Made by a program: the position numbers and the translations under genes
Part shown: positions 1-10,064 of the stretch, piece after piece
Numbering within the stretch: position 1 is the first letter of the stretch
How the letters are laid out: each line of letters starts with the position of its first letter
NCBI GenBank assembly: GCA_046349735.1
Contig: JAXMBU010000026.1
Location: forward strand, 14,746 to 78,745
DNA length: 64,000 nucleotides
Direction of reading: 5' to 3'
Origin: Planctomycetaceae bacterium
GTDB taxonomy: Bacteria; Planctomycetota; Planctomycetia; Planctomycetales; Planctomycetaceae
Notes under the pieces: model-generated
Databases searched by the model: none
What the model saw: only the letters and a program-made list of their open reading frames with translations
Told to the model about the DNA's origin: nothing

Positions 1-2112
1 CGTGGTCTGATGGCCAAGCCGAGTGGCGAAATTATTGAAACTCCGATTAAGTCAAACTTCCGAGAAGGTTTGTCGGTGCTGGAATACTTCAGCTCGACAC
101 ACGGTGCTCGAAAAGGGTTGGCTGATACGGCTCTGAAGACGGCGGACAGCGGTTACCTGACCCGTAAGCTGGCGGACATCTGCCAGAACATGGTCATCAC
201 GATGCACGACTGCGGCACGACCAAGGGTCTGACTCGTGGGGTGGTTTATCGTGGTGAGAAGGTTGAAGTGGGTTTGGCGGACGCGATTCGTGGTCGAGTC
301 AGCCGAACAAACATCGTCAACCTGATTACCGAAGAGCCGATTGTTCGCGAGGGTGACTTGATCACCGTCGAGAAGGCCCGGAAGATCGAAGAGATGGGTC
401 TGGAGCGAATTCAGGTTCGGAGCCCGATGACCTGTGAGTGTACTCTGGGTCTTTGCCAGCAGTGTTACGGTATGGACCTCTCGACCGGAGATCTGGTCGA
501 AATGGGTATGGCTGTCGGGATTATCGCCGCGCAGAGTATCGGTGAGCCTGGTACTCAGCTGACAATGCGAACCTTCCACATCGGTGGTGTGGCGTCTAAG
601 GACGTTGAAACCAGCGAGTTGTTTGCGAAACGAGCTGGTCAGGTACGATTTACTCGTATCCGCAGCGTTATCAACGCGGAAGGCCGTCAGGTCGTTCTGG
701 GTCGAAACGGTGAAATCAGCATCGTGGACGATCGTGGTCGCGAAGTTGAAAAACAGCGAGTACCGAACGGTGCGGTGCTGTCGGTGACAGAGAATCAGCA
801 GGTCAAACCAAACGACGTGCTGTGTACCTGGGACCCACACTCCATTCCGATTATTGCTCAGGTTGGCGGTCGGGTTCGACTCGAAGACTGTGTCGAAGGT
901 CAGTCGATGCGAACCGAGAAGGAGCAATCCGGAACGATGCGTCGTACGATTATGGAGCACAAGGCAGGTCTGCATCCTCAGGTCATCGTGGAAGATGGGA
1001 ACGGAAAAATTCTCGACTTCTACTATCTGCCGGAAGGTGCGAGTTTGGACGCGGAAGAGGGCGGTCATATTTCCGCTGGTACAGTCGTTGCGAAGACGCC
1101 CCGAGAATCAACCGGTACTCAGGACATCACCGGGGGTCTGCCACGCGTAACCGAACTGTTTGAAGTTCGTAAGCCGAAGGATCCGGCGGTTGTCGCCGAG
1201 ATTGACGGAGAGGTTGAGTTCCCAGCCGAGAAGAAACGCGGCAAGCGAATCGTTCTCGTGAAGGGTGCTGACGGGACTGAAGTTGAACATGTGATTCCTC
1301 ACGGCAAAGACCTTCAGGTACATCCGGGCGATATGGTGAAAGCCGGTGACGCGCTTGTGCGTGGTCCACTGGTACCTCAGGATATTCTTCGCGTCAGCGG
1401 ACCAGAAGAAGTGCAGCAGTACCTGCTCCACGAAGTTCAGAACGTGTATCGCGCTCAGCGTGTGGAAATCGACGACAAGCACATCGAAATTGTGATTGCC
1501 CAGATGCTCCGCAAGGTGCGAGTTGACAGCGTGGGCGATACTGACCTTCTGCCAGGCTTGTTGATCGACAAGTTCGAATTGAAGAAGATCAACGACTCCC
1601 TGGAATCCATGGGTAAGGTTACGGATCCGGGTGGTTCAGACTTCGAAATCGGTGACAGAGTCCTTTTGACGGACATTGAGGCCGTTAATGCAGAAGTCAG
1701 CAAGCCGATCAAGTACACGTCGCTGAAGCGTGCCAAGGCAAGTCCTCAGTTGCTGGGGATTACCAAGGCGGCTGTTTCCAGCGAGAGCTTTATCTCTGCG
1801 GCCAGCTTCCAGGAAACGACCAAGGTTCTCACCGAGGCCGCTCTTGGTGCTAAAGTGGATAATCTGGTTGGTTTGAAGGAAAATGTGATTTTGGGGCACC
1901 TTATTCCAGCTGGAACGGGTTTCCATCTTCACCAGGACGCTCAGGTTCGAATTCACGATTCCGCTTTGCGAGAACAGGAAGAGCAGAAAGCTCGGATGGC
2001 TGCCGCTCGTAAGGATTTGATGGGGAATTCGGAGTTGCAGGCTCGCCGCGTTGATCCGGACCGACCTTCAGCACCTTCACTGGCGGATTTGACACCGGAT
2101 GATCCGTTGTGA
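1..2112 (+). CDS. rpoC: DNA-directed RNA polymerase subunit beta-prime, C-terminal ~700 aa (5' end lies upstream of the window)
   Basis: Frame 1 is open from base 1 ([16 protein letters not shown]...). It carries conserved beta-prime segments ([50 protein letters not shown]). Stop TGA at 2110-2112. rpsL-rpsG follow, as in the canonical arrangement. Confidence 0.97.
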   Translation, partial: RGLMAKPSGEIIETPIKSNFREGLSVLEYFSSTHGARKGLADTALKTADSGYLTRKLADICQNMVITMHDCGTTKGLTRGVVYRGEKVEVGLADAIRGRVSRTNIVNLITEEPIVREGDLITVEKARKIEEMGLERIQVRSPMTCECTLGLCQQCYGMDLSTGDLVEMGMAVGIIAAQSIGEPGTQLTMRTFHIGGVASKDVETSELFAKRAGQVRFTRIRSVINAEGRQVVLGRNGEISIVDDRGREVEKQRVPNGAVLSVTENQQVKPNDVLCTWDPHSIPIIAQVGGRVRLEDCVEGQSMRTEKEQSGTMRRTIMEHKAGLHPQVIVEDGNGKILDFYYLPEGASLDAEEGGHISAGTVVAKTPRESTGTQDITGGLPRVTELFEVRKPKDPAVVAEIDGEVEFPAEKKRGKRIVLVKGADGTEVEHVIPHGKDLQVHPGDMVKAGDALVRGPLVPQDILRVSGPEEVQQYLLHEVQNVYRAQRVEIDDKHIEIVIAQMLRKVRVDSVGDTDLLPGLLIDKFELKKINDSLESMGKVTDPGGSDFEIGDRVLLTDIEAVNAEVSKPIKYTSLKRAKASPQLLGITKAAVSSESFISAASFQETTKVLTEAALGAKVDNLVGLKENVILGHLIPAGTGFHLHQDAQVRIHDSALREQEEQKARMAAARKDLMGNSELQARRVDPDRPSAPSLADLTPDDPL

Positions 2113-2145
2113 TCAGCGAATTAGATTGATCGAAGACATGCAAGG

Positions 2146-2174
2146 TTGACGATCAGGGGAATCGTGGATAAAGT
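2146..2174 (+). promoter_or_regulatory. Candidate sigma-70-type promoter for rpsL-rpsG
   Basis: TTGACG (2146-2151), 17 nt spacer, TAAAGT (2169-2174), in the 141-nt rpoC-rpsL spacer about 80 nt upstream of the rpsL ATG. Identified by eye only. Confidence 0.4.
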
Positions 2175-2253
2175 GCCGCGTTTTCCGCGTTTCACGGTAT
2201 GAGTGGTTTAAGCGTATTCAGTTTCTGGTTCTTCTGCTTTTGTCTGGCGATCT

Positions 2254-2664
2254 ATGCCCACCATTAATCAATTAATTCGGAAGCCCCGAACACAGCAGTC
2301 CACCAAGTCCAAGACTCCGGTTCTGGAGGGCTGTCCTCAGAAACGCGGTGTGTGTCTTCAGGTGAAGACTGTTACTCCGAAGAAGCCGAACTCAGCTCTC
2401 CGAAAGGTGGCTCGTGTTCGTTTGTCAAACGGAAAAGAAGTAACGGCTTACATCCCAGGTGAAGGTCATAACCTTCAGGAACACTCTATCGTTCTGATCC
2501 GCGGCGGTCGTGTACGCGACCTGCCAGGGGTTCGATACAAGATTATCCGTGGTGTTCTCGATACCTTGGGTGTTGCTGATCGCCGACAGGCACGCAGCTG
2601 TTACGGTGCTAAGCGTCCAAAGGGTGGCGGTGCTGCAGCGGCTGGTGCTAAGAAGAAGAAATAG
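2254..2664 (+). CDS. rpsL: 30S ribosomal protein S12 (uS12)
   Basis: 136 aa. Starts [12 protein letters not shown] and has the [10 protein letters not shown] motif. Short Gly/Ala/Lys-rich C-terminal tail. Confidence 0.98.
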   Translation: MPTINQLIRKPRTQQSTKSKTPVLEGCPQKRGVCLQVKTVTPKKPNSALRKVARVRLSNGKEVTAYIPGEGHNLQEHSIVLIRGGRVRDLPGVRYKIIRGVLDTLGVADRRQARSCYGAKRPKGGGAAAAGAKKKK

Positions 2665-2773
2665 GCGCTCTATCCGGTTGATGGGCTGTGCCAGAAATCA
2701 GGCGAATCAGCTGTACTGGTTCGTTGTGTAATTTGTGTGCTTTCTGACGTTGTGTAATTGAGAGTTTGTTTCG

Positions 2774-3247
2774 ATGGTTAAGAAGTTTACGGCTAGTCGC
2801 AAGCAACTGAAGCATGACACTCGCTTTAACAGCCTGCTTGTCTCCAAGTTCATCAATTGCCTGATGTATGATGGCAAGAAGAGCGTTGCGACTGGTGCGT
2901 TCTATCGAGCAATGGATCTCGTCAAGAAGCAGCTCCCGAATGAAGACCCATTGAATGTCTTCCTTTCTGCTGTGGATAATGTCAAACCAGCAATCGAAGT
3001 GCGATCCAAGCGAGTTGGTGGAGCAACCTATCAGGTTCCTACGCCTGTGAATCCTCGCCGTCAGCAGGCTTTGTCGATTCGATGGATCCTCGAAGCCGTT
3101 CGTGGTCGTAAGGGACGTCCGGTTGATAAGTCTTTGGCTGAAGAGCTGGTGGCTGCGTTCCGCCGTGAAGGTGCCGCAATGAACAAGCGAGAAAACGTCC
3201 ACCGTATGGCCGATGCGAACAAGGCGTTCTCTCACTTCGCGTGGTAG
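2774..3247 (+). CDS. rpsG: 30S ribosomal protein S7 (uS7)
   Basis: 157 aa. Ends NKAFSHFAW, like bacterial S7 (NKAFAHYRW). Lies directly after rpsL. Confidence 0.98.
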   Translation: MVKKFTASRKQLKHDTRFNSLLVSKFINCLMYDGKKSVATGAFYRAMDLVKKQLPNEDPLNVFLSAVDNVKPAIEVRSKRVGGATYQVPTPVNPRRQQALSIRWILEAVRGRKGRPVDKSLAEELVAAFRREGAAMNKRENVHRMADANKAFSHFAW

Positions 3248-3274
3248 TCGAGTTTGTTATCAGCTTAAGAATAC

Positions 3275-3311
3275 AAAGGCCAGTTTTGACGTTCGTCAGC
3301 TGGCCTTTTTC
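3275..3311 (+). terminator. Rho-independent terminator after rpsG (possibly bidirectional, since a convergent SDR gene ends at 3434)
   Basis: AAAGGCCAG (3275-3283) pairs with CTGGCCTTT (3300-3308). There is an inner GAC-gttc-GTC extension, and a T-run follows (3306-3310). Confidence 0.65.
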
Positions 3312-3433
3312 TTGCGCGGTTGGTTGAACGTGTACGATTTTCGACGGTGGCGGCGAGCCGTGTAACAATAGGTGCCCGTCAGATTTCGTGACGCGGAAGT
3401 GCTGATGGGACAAGGTTTGGGGCGTAGTTTCCG

Positions 3434-4180
3434 CTACAACTTTGCGCGAGGGACCACTGAGCCGAGTCCGCCATCTACTCCGATCGTTTGCCCTGTGATC
3501 CATTTGTTTTCTGGATCAAGAAGCCACGTGATTGCACTCGCGACTTCCTCTGGCGTACCCGGCCGGGCGATAGCATGCATCTGGGATGAAGCCGCCAGCG
3601 ACGTTTCCGACTCGCAGATCTTTCGAGTCAACTTTGATTTGATGAGGCCGGGCGCGACGGCGTTCACTCGGATTCCCCGGTTCGCATAAGTTGATGCTGC
3701 AGAACGCATCAGCCCCAGAATTCCAGCCTTTGCGGCTGCGATGGCCTCATGGTTGGCGAGGCCAATTGAAGCGGCCGCGGAGGAGATCAGAACGATGGAT
3801 CCGCCCTGTTTGCTCATCGCTTTGGCGGCCGCCCGCACGATATAGAACGATGATGTCAGGTTCGTTGTGAGAGTGTCGGTCCATTCACGATCAGAAGTGA
3901 TATGAGCAGGTTTCAGAAGAAGTGACCCCATACAGTTCACGACTCCGTCCACAGTTCCGAATCGCTCTTCAGCTTTCTTTACGCAGGCGTCGATCGTGCT
4001 GGAGTCGGCGGCGACAGCAATGCCTGTTTCGCAATGGAATTCTCTTTGTAACTCTTCAGCAGCATGCTCAGTTCGCGCGGTGAGCAACAGGTTGGTTCCG
4101 GTCTTCAGGAGTCGGTAAGCGGTTGCTTTTGCAATGTCTGACGTTCCACCGAAGACAACGATCGTTTGAGGAGTAGTCAT
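3434..4180 (-). CDS. Short-chain dehydrogenase/reductase (SDR) family oxidoreductase
   Basis: 248 aa. N-terminal Rossmann motif region (VVFGGTSDIAKA) and an SDR-typical C-terminal half (YANRGIRVNAVAPG). Confidence 0.85.
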   Translation of the reverse strand: MTTPQTIVVFGGTSDIAKATAYRLLKTGTNLLLTARTEHAAEELQREFHCETGIAVAADSSTIDACVKKAEERFGTVDGVVNCMGSLLLKPAHITSDREWTDTLTTNLTSSFYIVRAAAKAMSKQGGSIVLISSAAASIGLANHEAIAAAKAGILGLMRSAASTYANRGIRVNAVAPGLIKSKLTRKICESETSLAASSQMHAIARPGTPEEVASAITWLLDPENKWITGQTIGVDGGLGSVVPRAKL

Positions 4181-4237
4181 TGAATGCTCGTGATCAATTC
4201 TTTGTGAGTTCGATGTTCGAGTTCTGTTGCTGACGAA

Positions 4238-4525
4238 TCAGTTGGCAGTCAGGCCTTCAAGAAAGACCATGGGATGTTCGAGCATCCATCGCTGCATCTG
4301 GAGTGCGTTTGCGATAGCGCTGTGAGATGGAACGGAATGATTGGAGCCTGAGAGAGGTTTCAGAATCATTACCGTGGTTCCCAGCGGATGTCCTGCCGGA
4401 CGAGCACGAATGGTCACTTCGCAAACACCGTGAGAATGCTCAACAAGCAGTGAAACCTCAATAGAGTTGTCTGGCTCATTCGGCATGCATTCGAGGACTT
4501 TGCTGGATACCGGCTTGCTATTCAC
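4238..4525 (-). CDS. Hypothetical protein (95 aa), same strand and directly upstream of the SDR gene
   Basis: It is the only ORF of this size at this locus. No recognisable motif. Coding status not established. Confidence 0.35.
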   Translation of the reverse strand: MNSKPVSSKVLECMPNEPDNSIEVSLLVEHSHGVCEVTIRARPAGHPLGTTVMILKPLSGSNHSVPSHSAIANALQMQRWMLEHPMVFLEGLTAN

Positions 4526-4985
4526 TGGCCATTAAACGTACTGCCCGCAGCCGACGACGTTACTCGCGATGCTGGAAGTGAAGGTCGAACACGTGACACA
4601 TCCCGCAGCGTAATACAGCAGTTCGCGTATGAGTTCGCTGGAGTTTTAAACGCGTGAAAGTTGTTCGTCGTCAGTAGTCCGCGTTGAGGTGCGGCGATTA
4701 ACTGATGATGGCGTCCTGGCTTCGATTGTTCGGAGTAAGCAATGGGGTTTGCAGTTTCGCGTGAGAGGTGTTGGGTTGTGCAAAGAGGGGATGTGGATGC
4801 ACGCCGGGCCGAATTGTCCGGTGGTGCAATAATCGAGGACTCAATGAACGTTTTTATCCTCGAAGAAAAATGTCATCAATGTTTGTTACATGCATGATGG
4901 TTCTGCGGTCTTGAAAATGAACGATATGAACGTTTATCGATCGTGAAGTTCCATTTGTTTGGTTTCAACAATAGGGAAGATTATA

Positions 4986-5945
4986 ATGAAGAAGCTGATT
5001 TGTGCCCTCGTTGGTGGTTTGTTGATCTCTTCCTCGGTGCAGGCAGGATCAAAATGTAAGTCGACGCCTGTTGTTCACCGGGGAGCTGTGAGGGGCCATG
5101 TTCTGACGTCAGCGGCGGTAAAGCCTCAGCAGAAGGATGTTGTTGACACCGCAGTTTCCGCTGGTTCTTTCAAGACGCTGGTTGCGGCTGTAAAGGCCGC
5201 TGGTTTGGTGGAAACACTGAAGGGAGAAGGTCCTTTCACTGTTTTCGCACCAACTGACGAAGCATTTGCGAAACTGCCAGCGGGTACTGTCGAGTCACTG
5301 CTGAAGCCTGAGAACAAAGGCAAACTGCAGGCGATCCTGACTTATCATGTTGTTCCCGGCAAAGTCATGGCGGCCGACGTAGTCAAGCTGAGCGGCGCCG
5401 TGACAGTTCAGGGGCAGCAGGTCGATATTGCGGTCGCGGACGGAACTGTCACAGTCGACAAGGCAAAGGTACTGAAAACCGACATCGCGTGCTCCAACGG
5501 TGTAATCCATGTCATTGACAGTGTCATTTTGCCTGCGGAGTCAGACATTGTCGACACAGCCGTCGCGGCCGGTTCCTTCAAGACTCTGGCTGCTGCACTA
5601 ACAGCAGCAGGTCTCGTGGACACTCTTAAAGGGGAAGGACCTTTCACCGTGTTTGCTCCAACCGATGACGCCTTCGCGAAACTGCCAGCTGGTACGGTCG
5701 AATCATTGCTGAAGCCGGAGAATCGGGAGAAGCTTGTCGCGATCCTTACCTACCACGTAGTTCCCGGCAAAGTACTGGCTTCAGATGTTGTAAAACTGAA
5801 GTCTGCGAAGACAGTGAACGGGAAAGAAGCGACCGTGAAGGCCGGAGATTCAGGTGTGATGGTCGATGGTGCGAAAGTCGTTGCCACCGACATTGAGACA
5901 TCGAATGGCGTGATCCATGTCATCGACAGTGTGATCCTGCCTTAA
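4986..5945 (+). CDS. Secreted fasciclin (tandem FAS1 domain) protein
   Basis: Signal peptide [21 protein letters not shown] from the internal ATG at 4986 (the ORF opens at 4959). Two FAS1 units each carry [16 protein letters not shown] and [10 protein letters not shown] plus [13 protein letters not shown]. Confidence 0.9.
   Translation: MKKLICALVGGLLISSSVQAGSKCKSTPVVHRGAVRGHVLTSAAVKPQQKDVVDTAVSAGSFKTLVAAVKAAGLVETLKGEGPFTVFAPTDEAFAKLPAGTVESLLKPENKGKLQAILTYHVVPGKVMAADVVKLSGAVTVQGQQVDIAVADGTVTVDKAKVLKTDIACSNGVIHVIDSVILPAESDIVDTAVAAGSFKTLAAALTAAGLVDTLKGEGPFTVFAPTDDAFAKLPAGTVESLLKPENREKLVAILTYHVVPGKVLASDVVKLKSAKTVNGKEATVKAGDSGVMVDGAKVVATDIETSNGVIHVIDSVILP
5136..5942 (+). repeat. Intragenic tandem duplication: two ~400-nt FAS1-encoding units (5136-5543 and 5544-5942)
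   Basis: The units begin [15 protein letters not shown] and [15 protein letters not shown]. They are near-identical over their first ~85 residues and again at the C-terminal [13 protein letters not shown]. Confidence 0.8.
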
Positions 5946-5970
5946 TCATCAAGCGTGGCAACGCCTGATT

Positions 5971-6017
5971 CGCCCTGGCTTCACGATGCTCTATGTCGTT
6001 CAGCCGGGGCGTTTTTT
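5971..6017 (+). terminator. Candidate intrinsic terminator after the fasciclin gene
   Basis: CGCCCTGGCT (5971-5980) pairs with AGCCGGGGCG (6002-6011), with one G-U pair and a 21-nt loop. TTTTTT follows (6012-6017). Confidence 0.45.
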
Positions 6018-6125
6018 CTGCAGTATGTACTTTGATTTGAACGCTGCGTACCGACAGTGGTAACTGATTGAGTCGTGAGAACAAAGCGGGCTTTAAGTCC
6101 GGTTTTCGAACAGGAGTGAGAAGAA

Positions 6126-6797
6126 GTGTCCGTTACATTCAGTGACTTGTGCGAAGAGACATCCGTAGAAGACAACTGTTGTGTTCGCAGCAGCGGCAAC
6201 ACGACTGGCCGTATTGCACCTGCGACAGACAACCCTGTCGACCTTGCCGCCATCAAGTCTGCAGTCAGAATCATTCTTCGTGCTGTGGGAGAAGATCCTG
6301 ATCGGGATGGTCTGCTTGAGACACCTCGCAGGGTCGCGAAAATGTATGCGGAGATGTTTTCGGGATTGTCACTCGACCCGGGGCGTCATCTGGAAGTGAC
6401 CTTTCAGGAAAGCTATGACGAAATTGTACTTGTTCGAGATATTCCGTTCACGAGCATGTGTGAGCACCATCTGCTTCCATTTCGAGGGGTTGCCCACGTG
6501 GCTTACATCCCTGACGGAAGAGTGACCGGGCTTAGCAAACTCGCAAGAGTCGTCGAGGAAGTTTCTCGTCGGCCTCAGGTGCAGGAAAGGATGACTCAGA
6601 CAATTGCTGATCTGATCGAGAGTCGCCTCGGAAGCAAGGCAGTAGGCGTGATTGTTCGTGCGGAGCACTCCTGCATGTCGATTCGAGGAATTCGAAAAAC
6701 GGGTAGTTCGACCGTGACCAGCACGATGAGAGGTTCTTTCCGAACAGATCCAGCGAGTCGTGCTGAACTTATGTCACTGATCAATATGCCGGAGTGA
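6126..6797 (+). CDS. folE: GTP cyclohydrolase I (FolE type)
   Basis: 223 aa from GTG 6126. Has the [10 protein letters not shown] and [10 protein letters not shown] motifs typical of FolE. There is an N-terminal extension of about 40 aa, so the start is uncertain. Confidence 0.92.
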   Translation: MSVTFSDLCEETSVEDNCCVRSSGNTTGRIAPATDNPVDLAAIKSAVRIILRAVGEDPDRDGLLETPRRVAKMYAEMFSGLSLDPGRHLEVTFQESYDEIVLVRDIPFTSMCEHHLLPFRGVAHVAYIPDGRVTGLSKLARVVEEVSRRPQVQERMTQTIADLIESRLGSKAVGVIVRAEHSCMSIRGIRKTGSSTVTSTMRGSFRTDPASRAELMSLINMPE

Positions 6798-6841
6798 GGG
6801 CCGTCGAGGATTGAGCCGCGCCTGCGAATGGGGAAACTGGA

Positions 6842-7327
6842 ATGATCATTCAGAAGCAGTACAAGTTTTACGCCGCACATCGCAACGAAACGCTTCAGGA
6901 CAAATGCCGGAATCTGCATGGGCACCGGTATGGCCTGAAGTGCTTTTTTGAAGTCGAACGAGATGGAGACATCAGTACGCTTTTTGGCGACTTCGATGCG
7001 CAGATCGAACCATGGTTAAAGCAATGCTACGATCATGCCATGTTGATTCATGTGAATGATACGTTGTTCGAGTCTTTACAACAGCACATGCTGCGTACGG
7101 GTGAAACGCTGCGGCTGAAGGTGATGGATCGACCAACAAGCGTAGAGAACTTGTGTCATTTGATGTTCGGCGAGATTACTCAGTTGGGTTTTCGACTGTC
7201 ACATCTGGAAGTCCAGGAAACAGACACCTCGACGGTGTCGTACAGCCGCGAAGACTGGATCCGTGACAACAGGACATTCTCGCGGCCATCCGCTGTTCGT
7301 GAACAGGAAACGGTTGCAAGCACCTAA
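6842..7327 (+). CDS. queD: 6-carboxy-5,6,7,8-tetrahydropterin synthase / 6-pyruvoyl-tetrahydropterin synthase family protein
   Basis: 161 aa. YKFYAAHRN ... CRNLHGHRYGL matches the QueD/PTPS zinc-site region. Adjacent to folE. Carries a C-terminal extension of about 35 aa. Confidence 0.78.
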   Translation: MIIQKQYKFYAAHRNETLQDKCRNLHGHRYGLKCFFEVERDGDISTLFGDFDAQIEPWLKQCYDHAMLIHVNDTLFESLQQHMLRTGETLRLKVMDRPTSVENLCHLMFGEITQLGFRLSHLEVQETDTSTVSYSREDWIRDNRTFSRPSAVREQETVAST

Positions 7328-7373
7328 CTCATGAAAGGTTGGTATACAGGGGCCGGTGCCATTTAATGAAGAG

Positions 7374-8171
7374 TCAGGGCGATAATTTTCGAATGGCAGC
7401 GACGCCGGTTGAGGTCGTATAGATCTCATAACCCCCAGCATTCGAAACGGAAACTAAAGCACCATTGGAAAGTCGCAGCGTAGTGGTACCCGTCACAGTC
7501 GCCCAACGCGTATTGTAACTGGCAACTGTATTGGAAGCGGTTAAGGAGAATGTGCCAAGGTTGCTTGACCCCGCCAGCATCGTGATCGTCTGACTCGATG
7601 TACGGTTATTTGTGATAGAGAATTTTGTCTGGCCAGTTCGATTAACCCGCCCCTTGGGGCGGTAGATCCGCAGATACCCTGAGACAAGCTTTGTCAGATC
7701 AATGGAATTCTTCCGCACGGATCTGATCCCATTAAAGTTCTGTTCGTACACAAATGTCGCACTTCCTGTTGTGTTCACCGTTGCAACGATGGACGTATGC
7801 TGGGTGGCTGTTGACGTCGAAGTTGGGTAAACGAATTTCGTATTTCTGTATTGGATGATGTCCCCCGGAAGGAGCTTGTTGGCGGGCTTAGAATCTGTCC
7901 ACTTGCCGCTGACAATGGAGATACTCTTCACAAGCGTTCCCCAGACGTAATCGCCTGCAGCGGGCGAATCCGCCCCAAGGTCGGTATTGATGAACTCCGC
8001 TCCGGACGATCGTAGGGCTTCGCTGGCCGCATGGGCACACTCCCCGCCACCAACTCTCGTGCCAACTTTCCCTGCAAGGAACGTGGCGACTTTCGAATTC
8101 AGCGTTTGGCCATGACATGCGGGAGAAAAGCTCATGGCTGTCAGGACAAGAGCAATCAGTTGCAAACGCAT
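7374..8171 (-). CDS. Secreted protein with an N-terminal CHAP/NlpC-P60-like papain-fold domain (tentative)
   Basis: Signal peptide MRLQLIALVLTAMSFSPACHG. Motifs appear in the order GGGECAHAASEAL, PGDIIQY, HTSIV, EQN, as in CHAP amidases. The C-terminal ~90 aa are Thr/Ser-rich. Confidence 0.5.
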   Translation of the reverse strand: MRLQLIALVLTAMSFSPACHGQTLNSKVATFLAGKVGTRVGGGECAHAASEALRSSGAEFINTDLGADSPAAGDYVWGTLVKSISIVSGKWTDSKPANKLLPGDIIQYRNTKFVYPTSTSTATQHTSIVATVNTTGSATFVYEQNFNGIRSVRKNSIDLTKLVSGYLRIYRPKGRVNRTGQTKFSITNNRTSSQTITMLAGSSNLGTFSLTASNTVASYNTRWATVTGTTTLRLSNGALVSVSNAGGYEIYTTSTGVAAIRKLSP

Positions 8172-8323
8172 AGTGGCTGTCTCGGTTTGTTAATCAAACT
8201 ACGGTGTGTGGTGGGCAACATTCGTGTTGCTGACTTCTATAAATCCCTTAGTTGACACTATAGCGGTGCAAAATCGGCCCTGTCGATGTCAACACAGTCC
8301 TTAATCCCTTAGCCCACTGAGAA

Positions 8324-9622
8324 TTATCCAGCCCAGAGTTCATCCAGAACCTCGCCGGCTGGTACCGACAGAGGAAACTGCTTGCTGAACGGATGATCTG
8401 TAATGCCGGCAAGACGGCGCACAGCATCGTGAATGTGCTCGGGCCGAATGCGAGTTCCGGATTGTTCGCTGATGGCAAGTGTTTTTGGATCGATTGCAAT
8501 CAACTGCTGTTTACCATCGGTAGCCCCAATGACTCGATTGCCAGCGATTCCGGGGCCCAGAAACATGATGGAATTGATCGACCAGTGATCTTTTCCATTT
8601 CCGCTATTGTAAGTCGGTGTGCGCCCCATTTCGCTCTGCATGACTACGACAAGTTTTTCCCGGATCTGCAACTCTTCCGCCCGTTTCAGAACATAATCGA
8701 TGCCCGCCAGAAACTCCGGAATCAGCTTCATCTGGTCGGTGTCATTGTTGTTGTGACTGTCGAACTGCCCGATCGAAAGATTCGCCGAGATACAAACGCC
8801 AGCTTTGAACGAGGCCAGAGCAATATCCGCCTGCTGAGCCAGTCGCTCCTTTGCGGGTTCTTTCGGGATAAATGGGACGACTCGTTGCAGGGCCTTCGAA
8901 TTCACCTGTGCCGAATACAGCATGCTTTGACTTCGTTCGACTCGCGGGAGCCGCACGGAAGAGACTCGTGCAACGAATTGTTCCTCAAGAGCCTTCTCAA
9001 TGCGGTCCGACACGAATGGATCGTGATAAGGCGCTCGTTCGTTGCCTTCCACGAAGTCAGCTTTTGCCAGCAGATTTAAAGACTGCAGATACGGTACTCG
9101 CGACATAGGCACTAAATTGCCCGTGGCTGAGTAATTGCCGAAGGTCAGAAAGGCGAGCGGAGCGTTGGCTCCATGGCAGGCGGCGACCAGCGCGGGGAAG
9201 GTGGGGAAGTTTGTACTGTCAAGTTTTCCCGTTGCCATGTAACGCGCGCACGGCGTGTGATTGTTGACGGACAAATCCAGACCGTTGAGTGTACGCAGCT
9301 CTTTGCCATACTTCGTAAAGAAGTCTTCGTTGCTCATCCCCTTTTCGATGTGCTTTGCCGTGGGAGCAAATCGATGGGCACCCTCTGTGAGAATGTCGCC
9401 CTGTTGATACAGACGATTGATCCCGTCAACTCCCTTGGGATCCATCAGATAAGTTGTGTCCCAGCCGCCGGAAGCGTTGAAGACGACATAATAGGGGCCC
9501 GGATAGCCAGCCGCTTCCGTCTTCTTCAACTCATCCGCGCGAAGCAGAGAATCGATGCCAATCGGTGCCGCAAGGCCAAGCCCGGCGGTATTGCAGAGTT
9601 GCAGGAAGTTTCGGCGGAGCAT
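8324..9622 (-). CDS. DUF1501 domain protein (sulfatase-like, Tat signal)
   Basis: Internal start MLRRNFLQLCNTAGLGLAAP (twin-arginine type) and a GNGKDHWS motif near the C-terminus. The ORF opens at 9652, but the Tat signal argues for 9622. Confidence 0.85.
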   Translation of the reverse strand: MLRRNFLQLCNTAGLGLAAPIGIDSLLRADELKKTEAAGYPGPYYVVFNASGGWDTTYLMDPKGVDGINRLYQQGDILTEGAHRFAPTAKHIEKGMSNEDFFTKYGKELRTLNGLDLSVNNHTPCARYMATGKLDSTNFPTFPALVAACHGANAPLAFLTFGNYSATGNLVPMSRVPYLQSLNLLAKADFVEGNERAPYHDPFVSDRIEKALEEQFVARVSSVRLPRVERSQSMLYSAQVNSKALQRVVPFIPKEPAKERLAQQADIALASFKAGVCISANLSIGQFDSHNNNDTDQMKLIPEFLAGIDYVLKRAEELQIREKLVVVMQSEMGRTPTYNSGNGKDHWSINSIMFLGPGIAGNRVIGATDGKQQLIAIDPKTLAISEQSGTRIRPEHIHDAVRRLAGITDHPFSKQFPLSVPAGEVLDELWAG

Positions 9623-9671
9623 GGGGAAACTTTCAGTCAGGGTGCAGACCAAACCGGGTTTGTGTTTGAGC

Positions 9672-10019
9672 TTATAGTTCTGAGCTTGCCGCAGACGCTG
9701 GATCGAGATGCAGAGTGCGATTTCGGAAGTCCAGTGATATCCACCATGACATCTCGTCCGGTGGCAGAATGGTGTCCCATCGAATCAGTTCGGCAGAATC
9801 CCATTGCTCCGGCAGCATCAGTTTGAATTTCCACTCTTTCTGCTCAGATCCACGGCAGATCCATGCGCGTCCGGTAATACATGGTTCCGCAATCGCTGGT
9901 TCGTAGCGTTCGGCGATGAAACCGTCGCACCAAAGACATTGAAGTTGTGGATTGTCCATCAGGCGAAGCTCATGGCTTACGCGAAATTCCAAAGCGTCCC
10001 AGAATTCTTCCTCAGTCAT
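9672..10019 (-). CDS. Hypothetical protein (115 aa) between the PSCyt-type and DUF1501 genes
   Basis: Same strand, with gaps of 45-50 nt on both sides. No known motif. Confidence 0.45.
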   Translation of the reverse strand: MTEEEFWDALEFRVSHELRLMDNPQLQCLWCDGFIAERYEPAIAEPCITGRAWICRGSEQKEWKFKLMLPEQWDSAELIRWDTILPPDEMSWWISLDFRNRTLHLDPASAASSEL

Positions 10020-10064
10020 GATCCCCTCGTTGAGAAAAACAGAAACACTCGAGCCGAGCCAGGA

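Noticed and set aside
52-1068. A 338-aa ORF antisense to rpoC. Similar long antisense ORFs lie opposite rpsG (2648-3235), rplE (24623-25243), rpsH/rplF (25502-26044), rplQ (31359-31976), gmd (61479-62162), Uma2 (62273-62893) and the second gmd (63021-63536).
   Set aside because: Each lies fully inside a strongly conserved gene on the other strand. The translations are Arg/Ser/Thr/His-rich with no motifs. This is the usual shadow-ORF effect in moderately GC-rich DNA.
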